A DNA stretch of 40,274 nucleotides. Origin: a virus. The stretch lies in IMG/VR virus record IMGVR_UViG_3300045988_066894, positions 1 through 40,274 of that record. One strand, written 5' to 3'. Within the stretch, counting starts at the first letter, position 1; each line of letters opens with the position of its first letter. Positions 6,728 through 16,312 of this stretch are shown piece after piece. Position numbers and translations under genes: made by a program. The notes beneath the pieces are model-generated. The model was not told the DNA's origin. It saw only the letters and a list, made by a program, of their open reading frames with translations, and did not search any database.

Positions 6728-7309
6728 TTATTGTTGGTTGTTTTGAGGTCGTGGCATGAGGGATTGGTAAAATCTCTCCTCGCACTCGTCCAGATTTGAT
6801 TGACTGGACTCGTCATTGAGGAAATCGTCAAGACCCTCAATGTTTTTGGTCATGCTTGTGTCAATGCCACTCGACGGCTCCTCATCGGAGTCATCAACGG
6901 ACAGTGTGGCAATGAGATTCGCGTCCGTCTCATTCGACATGACCGGCAGACTCATGCCCTCACGCGCCTTATTGCGCGCGGCGGTCAGCGGGTCATTCAA
7001 CACTTCCCCATCAGCCGCAAGCATGCTCACGCCGGTGGCGGAATCATTCAGCGCGCTTTCCAAGGCCTCGTAAGCCCCCGTCCACACGCCCCTGCCGGTG
7101 GCGCGGTCGTACAGGCTCGTATCCTCCCTGCCCTGCATGATCGCCGCGATCGCCTCCCGAATCGAAGCAAAGCCGAGCAGCGCCTTCCACGAGACGAGCA
7201 CATCGGGCGTGAAAACGAAACTGTCCGACCCGTTCACCGGCGGATCGCAGCGGATGATGCACAAGCCGTTCTCATCCTGTTCGAAAGTCGATGACAATAT
7301 GTCCTCCAA
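6728..7309 (-). CDS. acidic hypothetical protein (193 aa) downstream of the tail-tip gene
   Basis: ORF directly abutting the stop of the 1758-aa gene (TGA then TTG). Strongly acidic C-terminal half. Confidence 0.5.
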   Translation of the reverse strand: MEDILSSTFEQDENGLCIIRCDPPVNGSDSFVFTPDVLVSWKALLGFASIREAIAAIMQGREDTSLYDRATGRGVWTGAYEALESALNDSATGVSMLAADGEVLNDPLTAARNKAREGMSLPVMSNETDANLIATLSVDDSDEEPSSGIDTSMTKNIEGLDDFLNDESSQSNLDECEERFYQSLMPRPQNNQQ

Positions 7310-10300
7310 TCACTTGACCAAATAAGCCAGGAATTCCGCGTAAACATCCACCGGGCAAGGCTGGTCGGCGTTGTAAAGCTTCAATGTGAAGCCGCTCTGA
7401 CCGCCCGTATTGGCCGGGTGCGCGATGATGCCCGCCCAATCGCTGTCCGCGTTAGCGACAACGTAATAGTGGCCGTATTTTGTGGGGCTGAACGTGCAAT
7501 TGACTTGCATGGAAGCGCCGGTCGCAATCTTCGAGCCGGGATTCGGATACCACGCCTTCCACGCAGCCTGGGCATGGAACGTAAAACGGTTCGTGATGCC
7601 GCCGAGATAGCCGCCGAGATACACGTATCCGGTGCCGATGTTCGCGCCGACTCCGACCTCGCCGTTCCCGTCTTCGGCTTCGAGCCAGCACTCCGAACCG
7701 TTCGCGCTATCGCCGGCCAGAGTGAGGAAAGCGCTGCTTTTCTTGCTCTCGTCCGGCTCGTCGTAATCCGTGTTCGCCACGGCATGCACTCTGGATGTGA
7801 CGCCGCCGCTGCCGGTACCGCCTTTCTTGCGCGGCTTCGATCTGAGAGACATGAACGCGGCAGGATCGTTCTTGCTCACGTGTCCGCTCCACAAGTCCAG
7901 TTCGCTCATCGCGCCGACCTGATTCGACTGGATGACAGAAGCGATGGCCGGATGCGAAAAGTAGGCGGTGGACCCGTTGTAGGCCGGGAATTCCAAGCCA
8001 TCACCGACGAACGTTTCCGTGCCGCCGATGATGTAGGTCTGATAATCCGGACTGATACGCACCCTGTGCCCGCTGATGCGGGTTTGGAAAGTGCCGGTCA
8101 GCAGATTCGACTTGCCTTCGCCGTCAAGATAGACGGTGCGATTGTGGTTGCTGTCCCACATTTGCAAGGCCGTGCTATTGAGCTTCATGCCCGTGTTCGC
8201 GGCCTCGGAGCTCTGGAAGACGGCGCCCGTGAAGACGTAGCCCTTGAACTGGCCTGCCGCCACCTTGTCGGACGTGATAGTGCCAGCCGCGATCTTGACG
8301 GCCGTCACACTGTTTGCCGCGAGCTTGTCGGCGGTGATGGCACCGGTCACAATCTTGGACGCATTGACCGAATTAGCAGCCAATTTGTCGGCATTCACGA
8401 CACCAGCCGCCAAGGCAGCAGTGGTCACGGCATTAGCCGCAATCTCCCCGGCCTGAATCTTGTGGACGTTGAGCAACGCGACCGTCATATCCTCCGTGAC
8501 CTTGAGCTTCGCGGTCGTGACCGAGTTCGCGGCCAGCTTGTCGGTGCCGATGGCACCGGCCTGTACCTTACCCGCCGTCACGCTGTTCGCGGCCAATTTG
8601 TCGGCGTTAACCGCATTGGCCGCGAGCTTGTCGGTCGTGACGGCGCCAGCCACGATGTCAACAGCATTGATCTTGTGCGCGTTGAGCAACGCGACCGTCA
8701 TATCCTCCGTGACCTTGAGCTTCGCGGTCGTGACCGAGTTCGCGGCCAGCTTGTCAGCGGTGATGGCGAGCGAGACGATGTTGCGCGCCTGCACGCTGTC
8801 AGCGGCGAGTTTCGCGGCGGTCACCGCGTCGGCAACCAGCTTTTCAGTGGTCACCGAATTGGCGGCCAGCTTGTCCACCGTGATCGCATTGGCCTTGACC
8901 TTCTCGGCGGTCACGGAATCCACGGCGAGATGCTTCGCAGCCACCGTGCCCGACGCGAGAATGTTGTTCGCCACGAGGTCAAAAGGCTCGAAGCGCGTAC
9001 CATCCCACGTCAGCACCTCCACCACGCGATCAGACAGAGGCACCAAGACGCTCGGACTGTTATTCGGAGTCCCCTGCCAGTATGTGTAAAAGTCCGCGAG
9101 CAGTGATGGGCTTGCGTTCTTCCCCCCTTGCCAGCGCGTCCAATACTTCTGCGTGCGCCACCACATGTCACCCGGCTTCAACCCATCATGCGCGGGTTCG
9201 TCCGGGCCACGGTAGATCAGATTCTTCCCGTCCGCCGTGGTCTGCGCCTTTTTCGCGGCGGCCTGCGCCTGATTCGCCTGTGACGCGGCGTTGGCGGCTG
9301 TGGTCTGAGCCTTGTCAGCCGTTGATTGCGCCGTCTGCGCGGCAGCATGGGCCTTGACAGCCGCATTGGCGGCATCCGTGGCCGCCTTGTCCGTCACAGC
9401 CATCCATGTGCTGCCGTTCCAACGTTTCGGCGTGTTCGCGCCGCCGGTGGTGTCGATCCACAAGGTAGTCGGCTTGCGCATCGACGTATCCGGCGCAGTG
9501 GACTGGATCAGCACGTCGGCCTTGCCGTTAGCCACGCCAGCGGCGGCGGCAGCAGCCGTATTCGCCTTCTGCGCCGCCCTGGCCGCGTCCGTGGCGGACT
9601 GGGCCGCACTGTCGGCGGTGGCCTTCGCCTGCGTGGCAACGCTCGAAGCGTTCGAGGCGGTGGCCTTGGCATTGGCCGCATCGGTCTTCGCGGTGGAAGC
9701 GTCCGACTTGGCGGAAGCCGCGTCGGACTTGGCCGCATTGGCCGAAGCGTTGGCGGTGTTTGCCAGTGTTTCGGCATTGCCAGCGGTCTTCTTGGCGCTT
9801 TCGGCGGCGGTCTGGGCGGCATTGGCGGCATCCTTGGCCTGACCTGCGGTGGCGGTGGCGCTCTTCGCGGCAGCGGTAGCCGCATTGGCGGTATCCTGCG
9901 CTGTCTTCGCCGCACCATTGGCCGTATCAGCCGTGCCCTGCGCGTTTTTCGCTGCGGCAGCGGCATTCTCAGCAGCCTTCTTGGCGTCGGTGGTCTTCGC
10001 GGCATTGTCCGCGATATCCGACTTAGCCTTGGAAATCTCGTCCGCGTTCTTCTCGACATCGGCATAGCCGAGATGGTTCCAATTCGAGCCATCCCACACC
10101 AAGGTGTCGATCACGCGGTCGGACAATGGCACGAGCACGCTCGGACTGTTATTCGGAGTCCCCTGCCAGTATGTGTAAAAGTCCGCAAGCAGTGAGGGGC
10201 TGTTGTTCTTCTCGCCCTGCCAGCGCGTCCAATACTTCTGCGTCTTGAGCCACAGGTCGCCGACGATCAGACCTTTTGAGGCGTCCGGCATGTCAGGCCC

Positions 10301-12586
10301 ACGGAAGGTATGGTTCTTGCTATGGGCCTCGGCATACGCCTGTGCAGCCGACTCCTTGGCCTTCGAAATCTCCCCGTTCGCGGTGGTCAGGTCGCTTTTG
10401 GTCTGCGCGATGTCCTTCCGGGCCTGCGACAGATCGGCCTGCGCCTGCGAGAGCGTCTGATTCGCCGTGTCGAGATTCGACCTGTTGGCTTGGATGTCCT
10501 TCTGCGCCTGCGACAGCTTCGCAGTATTATCCCTCAACGTGGCGTTGGCAGAGTCGATGGCCGACTGGTTCGCCTTGATGTCCGACTTCGCGGATTCAAG
10601 CTCTTTCGCCGTGGCTGCCTGCGCAGTCTGATTCGCGGCGATGTCCTTCCGCGCCTGATCGAGCTTGGCCGTATTATCCTGCAAAGCCGTCTTGTTGTCA
10701 GCCAAATCCTGCTGGATTCGCTTGACCTCTTCAGGTGAAACCGCGGAAGCCACGGTGACAGTGGCGACTGCCGACCAAGCGGAGCGATTGCCCGCATGAT
10801 CCACGGACCTCAGCGCATAGGAGTGCTGGGAACCGGAGGCCAGACCGGTCACGAGATAATCGCCCTGACCGGACTGGTTTGCGCTGATGACGGTCATGCC
10901 GGACGCATTGACACCCTCGCCGACCTCAATATGATCGAAGTCCGATTCCATTTGAGCGCCAGTGCTTGTCCTGCCATCCCAGTGGACGGTCACCACGCCA
11001 AGCTCGGACGACAACACCGGCTCCGACGGTACGGAGCATGGCGTCGTATCCGATTCGACGGTGGCCACGACGATGCCCGACCAGTCTCCGAGCTTGTCCG
11101 AATACGTCGGCACAGCCCTGACCCTGACCTCGATTTGCGTGCCGCAATCCAAGCCTCCGAAGCCAAGCTGCGTCTTATCCGTCGTGCCCGCCGCATGCCA
11201 GGGCGCGCCATCCACGTGCTTGCGCCACTCGACGGCGTAATTGCTGATTTCGATGGCGGTGTTATTCGTCGCTTCGGTCACTGCAGACCACGAAGCCGTG
11301 GCCAGACCATGCGCGAAACCATCGCTGCCGATATAGGCATCAGTCTGCACCACAAGCCCAAGCGGAGCCTTCGGCACGCGATGGTCACGGTCGGACGAGG
11401 CGGTCGTGCCGCCCTCGCTACCGGCCAACGCGGCACCACCGGTGATGCCCTTGAGCTTCTTCGCCTGACGCACGGAAGCGTCATACTTAATATCATTCAG
11501 AGCGATTGAGCAGGATAAGCCCTCGTTCTGGCGCATGCTCAGGTCGATTTCCTGCACGCGCACCTTCTCGCCATGGGAGACGGTGGGAGCCGTAATCCAA
11601 TCGCCAGCATGGAAGTCGATGAGCGGTAGATTATCCACGCCGGAAGTCACCAGATCGCGCGTGTACTGGCCGCGTACCCTAGCCGCATCATCAAGCGTGG
11701 ACTGCATGAATGCCTGCGCAGTGTCCTTGTCGGACACGCCACCCTGCGAGCTATAGGATTCCCACTTGCCCCAAGGCGTCGGAGCAGCCGGATTATCCAT
11801 GCGGAAAAGCAGGTTATTGTCACCCTCGACAAGGATAGTGGATGCCAGGTCGGCGATGGACTCCTCGAAGGGTGCCTCGCTGATGTCACGAGCCAATTGC
11901 AGCACAATGCTCTTGCTCAGGTCACGGCTCAATGCGGTGCTGTCCGCATTCCACAGCTTGAGCGTCCTACCTGTGGTGCGCCAGTCGCAGCCACCGCCAT
12001 TGACAAGAGACGACAGGATCGTCTGCAGATCCGTGCCGAGACTGTAATAAAGCGTGTATTTCCTCGCCCACGCCGCGCCGCCCGCGTCCTTCGCGGTGTC
12101 GAAGCCCAAGGTCAGTCCGGTGGCCACGCCGCCACGCGCCTTGTTTTCGTCCAACAGCGTTTTGAGGATCACGCCCGGATTAGACGAATAGAAGGGCCTT
12201 TTGCCCTTGTTGTCGCCGTCCGTGAGCAGATGGCTGTAATCGTTGTTCTCGGCCTTGCTCAGGAGCCAGCTTATCGACTGACCACTGTAGGTGACGGTGC
12301 GAGTCCGGTCATCGGTCTTGCCGCTACGGCCAGTGATGACGTAGCGCGCGTTGTCCGGCTCACGATAGCCTGTGCCGTCCGACACCTCCACGGCCACTTC
12401 GAGACCGTCCGTAAGCTCACGGTCGAATGCCTGGGCGTCACCGGACAGCAGCGAGTATTCGATACTAATCGCACCATCGTCATTGTGCAGCATGGATGCG
12501 CTGAAGCTCACCGGCTCCGCAAGGACGCCGATTCGCTCGCCGAATGGGCGGTAGGCCACGAGTCGCGCGTGAAGAGACTTGCTCAT
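7310..12586 (-). CDS. giant tail-tip / tail fibre protein (Tal-like N-terminus, Fn3-like region, duplicated Ala-rich coiled coils, repeat beta-helix, C-terminal receptor-binding region)
   Basis: 1758 aa, located after TMP and Dit. Ala/Lys/Gln-rich heptad segments occur twice. There are about 20 copies of an 11-residue A-x-S/A-V-T-x-x-K-L-A-A type repeat. The W-rich YWTRWQG..N.SPS motifs are duplicated. Confidence 0.8.
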   Translation of the reverse strand: MSKSLHARLVAYRPFGERIGVLAEPVSFSASMLHNDDGAISIEYSLLSGDAQAFDRELTDGLEVAVEVSDGTGYREPDNARYVITGRSGKTDDRTRTVTYSGQSISWLLSKAENNDYSHLLTDGDNKGKRPFYSSNPGVILKTLLDENKARGGVATGLTLGFDTAKDAGGAAWARKYTLYYSLGTDLQTILSSLVNGGGCDWRTTGRTLKLWNADSTALSRDLSKSIVLQLARDISEAPFEESIADLASTILVEGDNNLLFRMDNPAAPTPWGKWESYSSQGGVSDKDTAQAFMQSTLDDAARVRGQYTRDLVTSGVDNLPLIDFHAGDWITAPTVSHGEKVRVQEIDLSMRQNEGLSCSIALNDIKYDASVRQAKKLKGITGGAALAGSEGGTTASSDRDHRVPKAPLGLVVQTDAYIGSDGFAHGLATASWSAVTEATNNTAIEISNYAVEWRKHVDGAPWHAAGTTDKTQLGFGGLDCGTQIEVRVRAVPTYSDKLGDWSGIVVATVESDTTPCSVPSEPVLSSELGVVTVHWDGRTSTGAQMESDFDHIEVGEGVNASGMTVISANQSGQGDYLVTGLASGSQHSYALRSVDHAGNRSAWSAVATVTVASAVSPEEVKRIQQDLADNKTALQDNTAKLDQARKDIAANQTAQAATAKELESAKSDIKANQSAIDSANATLRDNTAKLSQAQKDIQANRSNLDTANQTLSQAQADLSQARKDIAQTKSDLTTANGEISKAKESAAQAYAEAHSKNHTFRGPDMPDASKGLIVGDLWLKTQKYWTRWQGEKNNSPSLLADFYTYWQGTPNNSPSVLVPLSDRVIDTLVWDGSNWNHLGYADVEKNADEISKAKSDIADNAAKTTDAKKAAENAAAAAKNAQGTADTANGAAKTAQDTANAATAAAKSATATAGQAKDAANAAQTAAESAKKTAGNAETLANTANASANAAKSDAASAKSDASTAKTDAANAKATASNASSVATQAKATADSAAQSATDAARAAQKANTAAAAAAGVANGKADVLIQSTAPDTSMRKPTTLWIDTTGGANTPKRWNGSTWMAVTDKAATDAANAAVKAHAAAQTAQSTADKAQTTAANAASQANQAQAAAKKAQTTADGKNLIYRGPDEPAHDGLKPGDMWWRTQKYWTRWQGGKNASPSLLADFYTYWQGTPNNSPSVLVPLSDRVVEVLTWDGTRFEPFDLVANNILASGTVAAKHLAVDSVTAEKVKANAITVDKLAANSVTTEKLVADAVTAAKLAADSVQARNIVSLAITADKLAANSVTTAKLKVTEDMTVALLNAHKINAVDIVAGAVTTDKLAANAVNADKLAANSVTAGKVQAGAIGTDKLAANSVTTAKLKVTEDMTVALLNVHKIQAGEIAANAVTTAALAAGVVNADKLAANSVNASKIVTGAITADKLAANSVTAVKIAAGTITSDKVAAGQFKGYVFTGAVFQSSEAANTGMKLNSTALQMWDSNHNRTVYLDGEGKSNLLTGTFQTRISGHRVRISPDYQTYIIGGTETFVGDGLEFPAYNGSTAYFSHPAIASVIQSNQVGAMSELDLWSGHVSKNDPAAFMSLRSKPRKKGGTGSGGVTSRVHAVANTDYDEPDESKKSSAFLTLAGDSANGSECWLEAEDGNGEVGVGANIGTGYVYLGGYLGGITNRFTFHAQAAWKAWYPNPGSKIATGASMQVNCTFSPTKYGHYYVVANADSDWAGIIAHPANTGGQSGFTLKLYNADQPCPVDVYAEFLAYLVK
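8467..8755. repeat. two perfect 76-bp direct repeats (8467-8542 and 8680-8755) inside the tail fibre gene
   Basis: cgttgagcaacgcgaccgtcatatcctccgtgaccttgagcttcgcggtcgtgaccgagttcgcggccagcttgtc occurs twice. The 213-bp offset is 71 codons, so it is in frame. Confidence 0.9.
9048..10186. repeat. about 190-bp diverged direct repeat with 50-bp perfect cores (9048-9097 and 10137-10186) inside the tail fibre gene
   Basis: acgctcggactgttattcggagtcccctgccagtatgtgtaaaagtccgc occurs twice. The 1089-bp offset is 363 codons. It encodes the duplicated ...LLADFYTYWQGTPNNSPSVLVPLSDR... module. Confidence 0.9.
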
Positions 12587-12589
12587 TAA

Positions 12590-13495
12590 TCACTCCCAGG
12601 ATTGCAAAAACCGGCATGTCACCTTGTCGGCGCTGCCGGTCTGTTTGATGGTGATGCGATAATCGCCGGACGAAATGTCAGGCCACACTTGCAGTGGCTC
12701 GGTGGTCCAGTCGATGCCATTCGTCGCATCCGTGCCGCCTGACCATGCGTCGGCATTGGCCGCCGTCCACGCCTTGCGATTGGCTGCATCGACGAAAAGG
12801 TAAGGTCGTGAGGCGTCACGTTTGCCGCTCCACATTAGATTCGTGCCACTCACCGGATCTGAAATGGTCACACCAGTGACAGCACCGAAACGCAATACCA
12901 GCGCGGTGATCGGCGCATTGGAAAGCCAGCCGTCGGGAAGCGTGTCGAAAAGCTCGGACGGACTGGCGTTAGGCAATCCCTGCCAGCGAGTCCAATACCC
13001 CTTGCCGCTCGGCTTGGAGACCCCGCCCGGCAGCAGTCTGCCGCCCGACGCAGCCAACGTCGCCTCCTGCCACCGCTCGCCACTCCAAAACACATCCGGC
13101 AATTGGAACACGGCGGTCATGACACGCAGGTCGCGGAACGGGCGTTCGTCATCGTCCGGCTCGCAGCTCGTGCACACCGCTCTCGTGACCATGCTGCGAG
13201 AACTGCCGTCATCCAAGGTCTCCGTCCTGCCGAGCGTGAGCTTCGCCGCATGCAGGCAACGGGCACGGAAACGCGAGATCAGCGCATCGGAATCAGCGCC
13301 CCACGCCGCGACCTTGATTGTCAGCTCCGGCGCATCCAGCACCGGAATCGAGGAGCCTACGATGACGCCGTTGCGTCCGCTCACATGCACCGTGTCAACG
13401 ATCGGCGACAGCGACGTGTAATGCGTAGTGCCGACAAGCACGCGCATATGCTCGGAGTCGAGCGGTTGGCCGTTGAGCGAATAGCTGACCTTCAT
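12590..13495 (-). CDS. distal tail protein (Dit-like)
   Basis: 301 aa, positioned between TMP and the tail-tip gene. Carries one copy of the GYWTRWQGLPNASPSEL motif also found in the fibre. Confidence 0.6.
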   Translation of the reverse strand: MKVSYSLNGQPLDSEHMRVLVGTTHYTSLSPIVDTVHVSGRNGVIVGSSIPVLDAPELTIKVAAWGADSDALISRFRARCLHAAKLTLGRTETLDDGSSRSMVTRAVCTSCEPDDDERPFRDLRVMTAVFQLPDVFWSGERWQEATLAASGGRLLPGGVSKPSGKGYWTRWQGLPNASPSELFDTLPDGWLSNAPITALVLRFGAVTGVTISDPVSGTNLMWSGKRDASRPYLFVDAANRKAWTAANADAWSGGTDATNGIDWTTEPLQVWPDISSGDYRITIKQTGSADKVTCRFLQSWE

Positions 13496-13510
13496 TCGGA
13501 TTCCTTCCGA

Positions 13511-16288
13511 TTACCATTGCGGCATGGCCGCTGTCTGCAGCTTCTGCTGCGTGCTTATCGACGTCGGCGCGATAGCCGGATAGTTGAAAGTCTGCGTGAT
13601 GTTCGTCACGCTCCCACCATTGCCGTAGGCTGCGGCGTTAACTCCACGCGAGGCGTTGGCTACCCCGACGGAATACGAGGCGTCCTGCGACGGCAGGATG
13701 CCGGTCAGCCTTCCAGCCGCCTTCCTCACCTTCGACGCGCTCTCATCGATGCCGACCGCCATGCCCTCGCCGATCATCTCGCCGACCTGATCGCGGAACA
13801 CGCGTGACGGAGAATGGATGCCAAGCTTGCGTTTCACCCAATCCAACGCGTTCGTGGCCGCGTTGACAGCGGCAGACACGAGTCTGCCTGCCGCGCCTGC
13901 GATGCCGGTCGCGATACCCGTGATGATATTCAGGCCGACGCTACCCCAGTTAACAGATGTGAAACCGCGCATGATCTGGCCGACCATGCCGGGAATGGCC
14001 CCGATAAGCCTCGGCACCGACGCTATGAAGCCGTTGGCCAGTGCGCCGAGCAGCTGCACGCCAGCCTGCAGGATCTGCGGGAGACGACTGATGATGCCAC
14101 CGACCAGTTGTCCGATGAGGATCGGAGCCTTGCCTACCAAGTCCGGCATGGCGTTGATGAGGCCCTGCGCCAGTCCGAGGATGAGCTTCAGGCCGCTGTC
14201 GATGATCTGCGGCAGGTTGTTGAGGATGCCTTGCACGAGGTTGAGGACGGCGTTGATTCCGATGGGGATGAGCTGCGGCAACTGGGCCGACAATCCATCC
14301 AACAGCGTCGTCAGCACCGTCACCGCCGTGGAAGCGATCTGCGGCAAAGCCTGCACGATGCCCTGCAACAGGTTCGTTGTCATCGACAGTCCGGATTGCA
14401 GGAACGACGGCAGGCTGGACGTCACCCACGATTGGAACTGGGCGAGCAGTTGCGGCAGGCTCGTCGTAATCCATGTCGTCGCGCTGGTCAGCAGCATCGT
14501 GCCAAGCTGACCCAACGCTCCGAGCACCGGCGGAAGTATCTGCATGACCAGTGCCGGCAGCGTGCTGCCCAATGAGGAGAACAGTTGCGGCAGTGCGGCG
14601 GTGATGCCGGTGATGATCTGCGCGATGCGCGGACCCACGTTCTGGATGACCGTGCCGATCGAGTCGACCAGCTGCTTGGTCAATCCGTTGATGTCGGCAT
14701 TGTCCTTGCCGAGTTCCGCCAGCCAGTTCTGCCATGCGGCCTTCATCATGTTGACGGAGCCCTCGATGGTCTTCGCGGCCTCCTCCTCGGTAGTGCCGGT
14801 GATGCCCATCTGCTGCTGCATGATGTGGATGGCCTGCACCACGTCGGAGAACTTGTCGATGGACAGGTCGCCCATCTCACCGTTGGCCTGCTTGACCTTG
14901 TTCGCGTCCTGGATCAGACGCTCCATCTCGGATTTCGTACCACCGTATCCGAGCTTCAGATTGTCGAGCATGGCGTAGTTGCCGCGCGCCAAACTCTGGT
15001 AGGTCTGTTGGATGGACTCGATGTCGGTGCCCATCTTGTTGGCGTTGTCCGACATGTCGACCATGGCGATATCGCCGAGTTCCGCGGCCTTCGCGGTGTC
15101 GCCGCCGAGCGAACTGATCAGCGAGGCGGAAAAGCTCGTGACCTGCTCCATATACTGGTTAGCGCTGATGCCTGCGGTCCGGTACGCGTCCGCCGCGTGC
15201 TTCTGCACGGTGCTGGACGCGTCCTTGAACAGCGTGTCCACGCCGCCGACGGCCTGCTGCCAGCTCGCATACGCGTCGAGGGAGCTCTTGCCGACTCCGG
15301 CCAAAGCCGCGACGGCGGTGCCTACGCCAGCCAATCCGACCGTGGCGACGCCCTTCAACGCGCCTACGGCCTTGCCAGACATGGAGCTGATCGCATTCCA
15401 TGCGGTGTCTGCGCCGCTTTTGAACTTGGAGCCTATCGCCGACGCGACACTGCCGGCGGCTCCGTGAATCTGCGACAGTACGCCGCCGACCGCGCCGCCG
15501 ACGTTGCCGAGATAGCCGCCGATGGCATTGCTGACGTTTTTGAAAGGTGCTGGTATCCTTGCCGCGATGGCCGAGCTCATCGCGGAGAACTTCGCAGACA
15601 ATGGCGCGGTAAGACGTGACGCGGTGGATTGCATGGCAGCGCCTGCGGCGCTCATTCCAGCCTTAGCCTTCACCTTGAACTCGGTGAACGCCTCCGTGGC
15701 CGCGCTTGTGACCCGTCCGAACGCATTGTCGACCGGCTGAATAATGGTCGCGCCAAGATTCTTGAACGCCGATCCGAGCGAACCACTGCTGGAGGCGAGA
15801 TTGTCCTGCGCGTCATTGAGCGCCTTCTGCGCATCCTTCAACCGGTTCTCGGACTGCGTCGCCCGGTCGGTCATGGTGGACAGCTTCAGCCGGGCCTGTT
15901 CGAGCCTGATGGTCGCGGCCTCGGCCTGCGTGCTGCCCTCACCATGCTTGGCGATGGCATTGGCGACGCTCTCCTCGGCGGCACGCACCTGATTCGCCGC
16001 CGCCTTCTGCTGGAGCATGGCCTGACGGTATGCGGCCGTGGATTTCGCCACGTCACGCTCATAGGATTTCAGCACGTCAGCACTGAAATCGTTCGCCGAC
16101 TGTTTGAACCCGTTTTTGAACGCGCGTCCGAACAGTCCGCCGCTTTTGCCGCCGTTCATGCTCGAATCGAAAGTCTTCGACGCGACCTTGCCGCTCGCGC
16201 CGACCTCCTTGTTGACCGTGCTGCGGAAACCCTTCATCGACGGGAAAACGCTGATGTGCGCGGAACCAAGTTCGCTGCCGAACGCCAT
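13511..16288 (-). CDS. tape measure protein
   Basis: 925 aa. Ala/Gly/Leu-rich with repeated hydrophobic segments. Located immediately after the G/GT chaperone pair. Confidence 0.9.
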   Translation of the reverse strand: MAFGSELGSAHISVFPSMKGFRSTVNKEVGASGKVASKTFDSSMNGGKSGGLFGRAFKNGFKQSANDFSADVLKSYERDVAKSTAAYRQAMLQQKAAANQVRAAEESVANAIAKHGEGSTQAEAATIRLEQARLKLSTMTDRATQSENRLKDAQKALNDAQDNLASSSGSLGSAFKNLGATIIQPVDNAFGRVTSAATEAFTEFKVKAKAGMSAAGAAMQSTASRLTAPLSAKFSAMSSAIAARIPAPFKNVSNAIGGYLGNVGGAVGGVLSQIHGAAGSVASAIGSKFKSGADTAWNAISSMSGKAVGALKGVATVGLAGVGTAVAALAGVGKSSLDAYASWQQAVGGVDTLFKDASSTVQKHAADAYRTAGISANQYMEQVTSFSASLISSLGGDTAKAAELGDIAMVDMSDNANKMGTDIESIQQTYQSLARGNYAMLDNLKLGYGGTKSEMERLIQDANKVKQANGEMGDLSIDKFSDVVQAIHIMQQQMGITGTTEEEAAKTIEGSVNMMKAAWQNWLAELGKDNADINGLTKQLVDSIGTVIQNVGPRIAQIITGITAALPQLFSSLGSTLPALVMQILPPVLGALGQLGTMLLTSATTWITTSLPQLLAQFQSWVTSSLPSFLQSGLSMTTNLLQGIVQALPQIASTAVTVLTTLLDGLSAQLPQLIPIGINAVLNLVQGILNNLPQIIDSGLKLILGLAQGLINAMPDLVGKAPILIGQLVGGIISRLPQILQAGVQLLGALANGFIASVPRLIGAIPGMVGQIMRGFTSVNWGSVGLNIITGIATGIAGAAGRLVSAAVNAATNALDWVKRKLGIHSPSRVFRDQVGEMIGEGMAVGIDESASKVRKAAGRLTGILPSQDASYSVGVANASRGVNAAAYGNGGSVTNITQTFNYPAIAPTSISTQQKLQTAAMPQW

Positions 16289-16312
16289 GCGGCACCTCCA
16301 CTATTCAGTTAT

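Noticed and set aside
4929-7309. Rin/Rci-type shufflon or invertible receptor-binding cassette.
   Set aside because: All three paralogues are co-oriented with their own starts. I found no inverted repeats flanking them, and there is no second recombinase or invertase gene in the window.
7310-12586. Diversity-generating retroelement (template/variable repeat pair) in the tail fibre.
   Set aside because: There is no reverse transcriptase anywhere in the window. Mismatches between the repeat copies are not adenine-specific. Both copies lie in frame within the same gene as a domain duplication.
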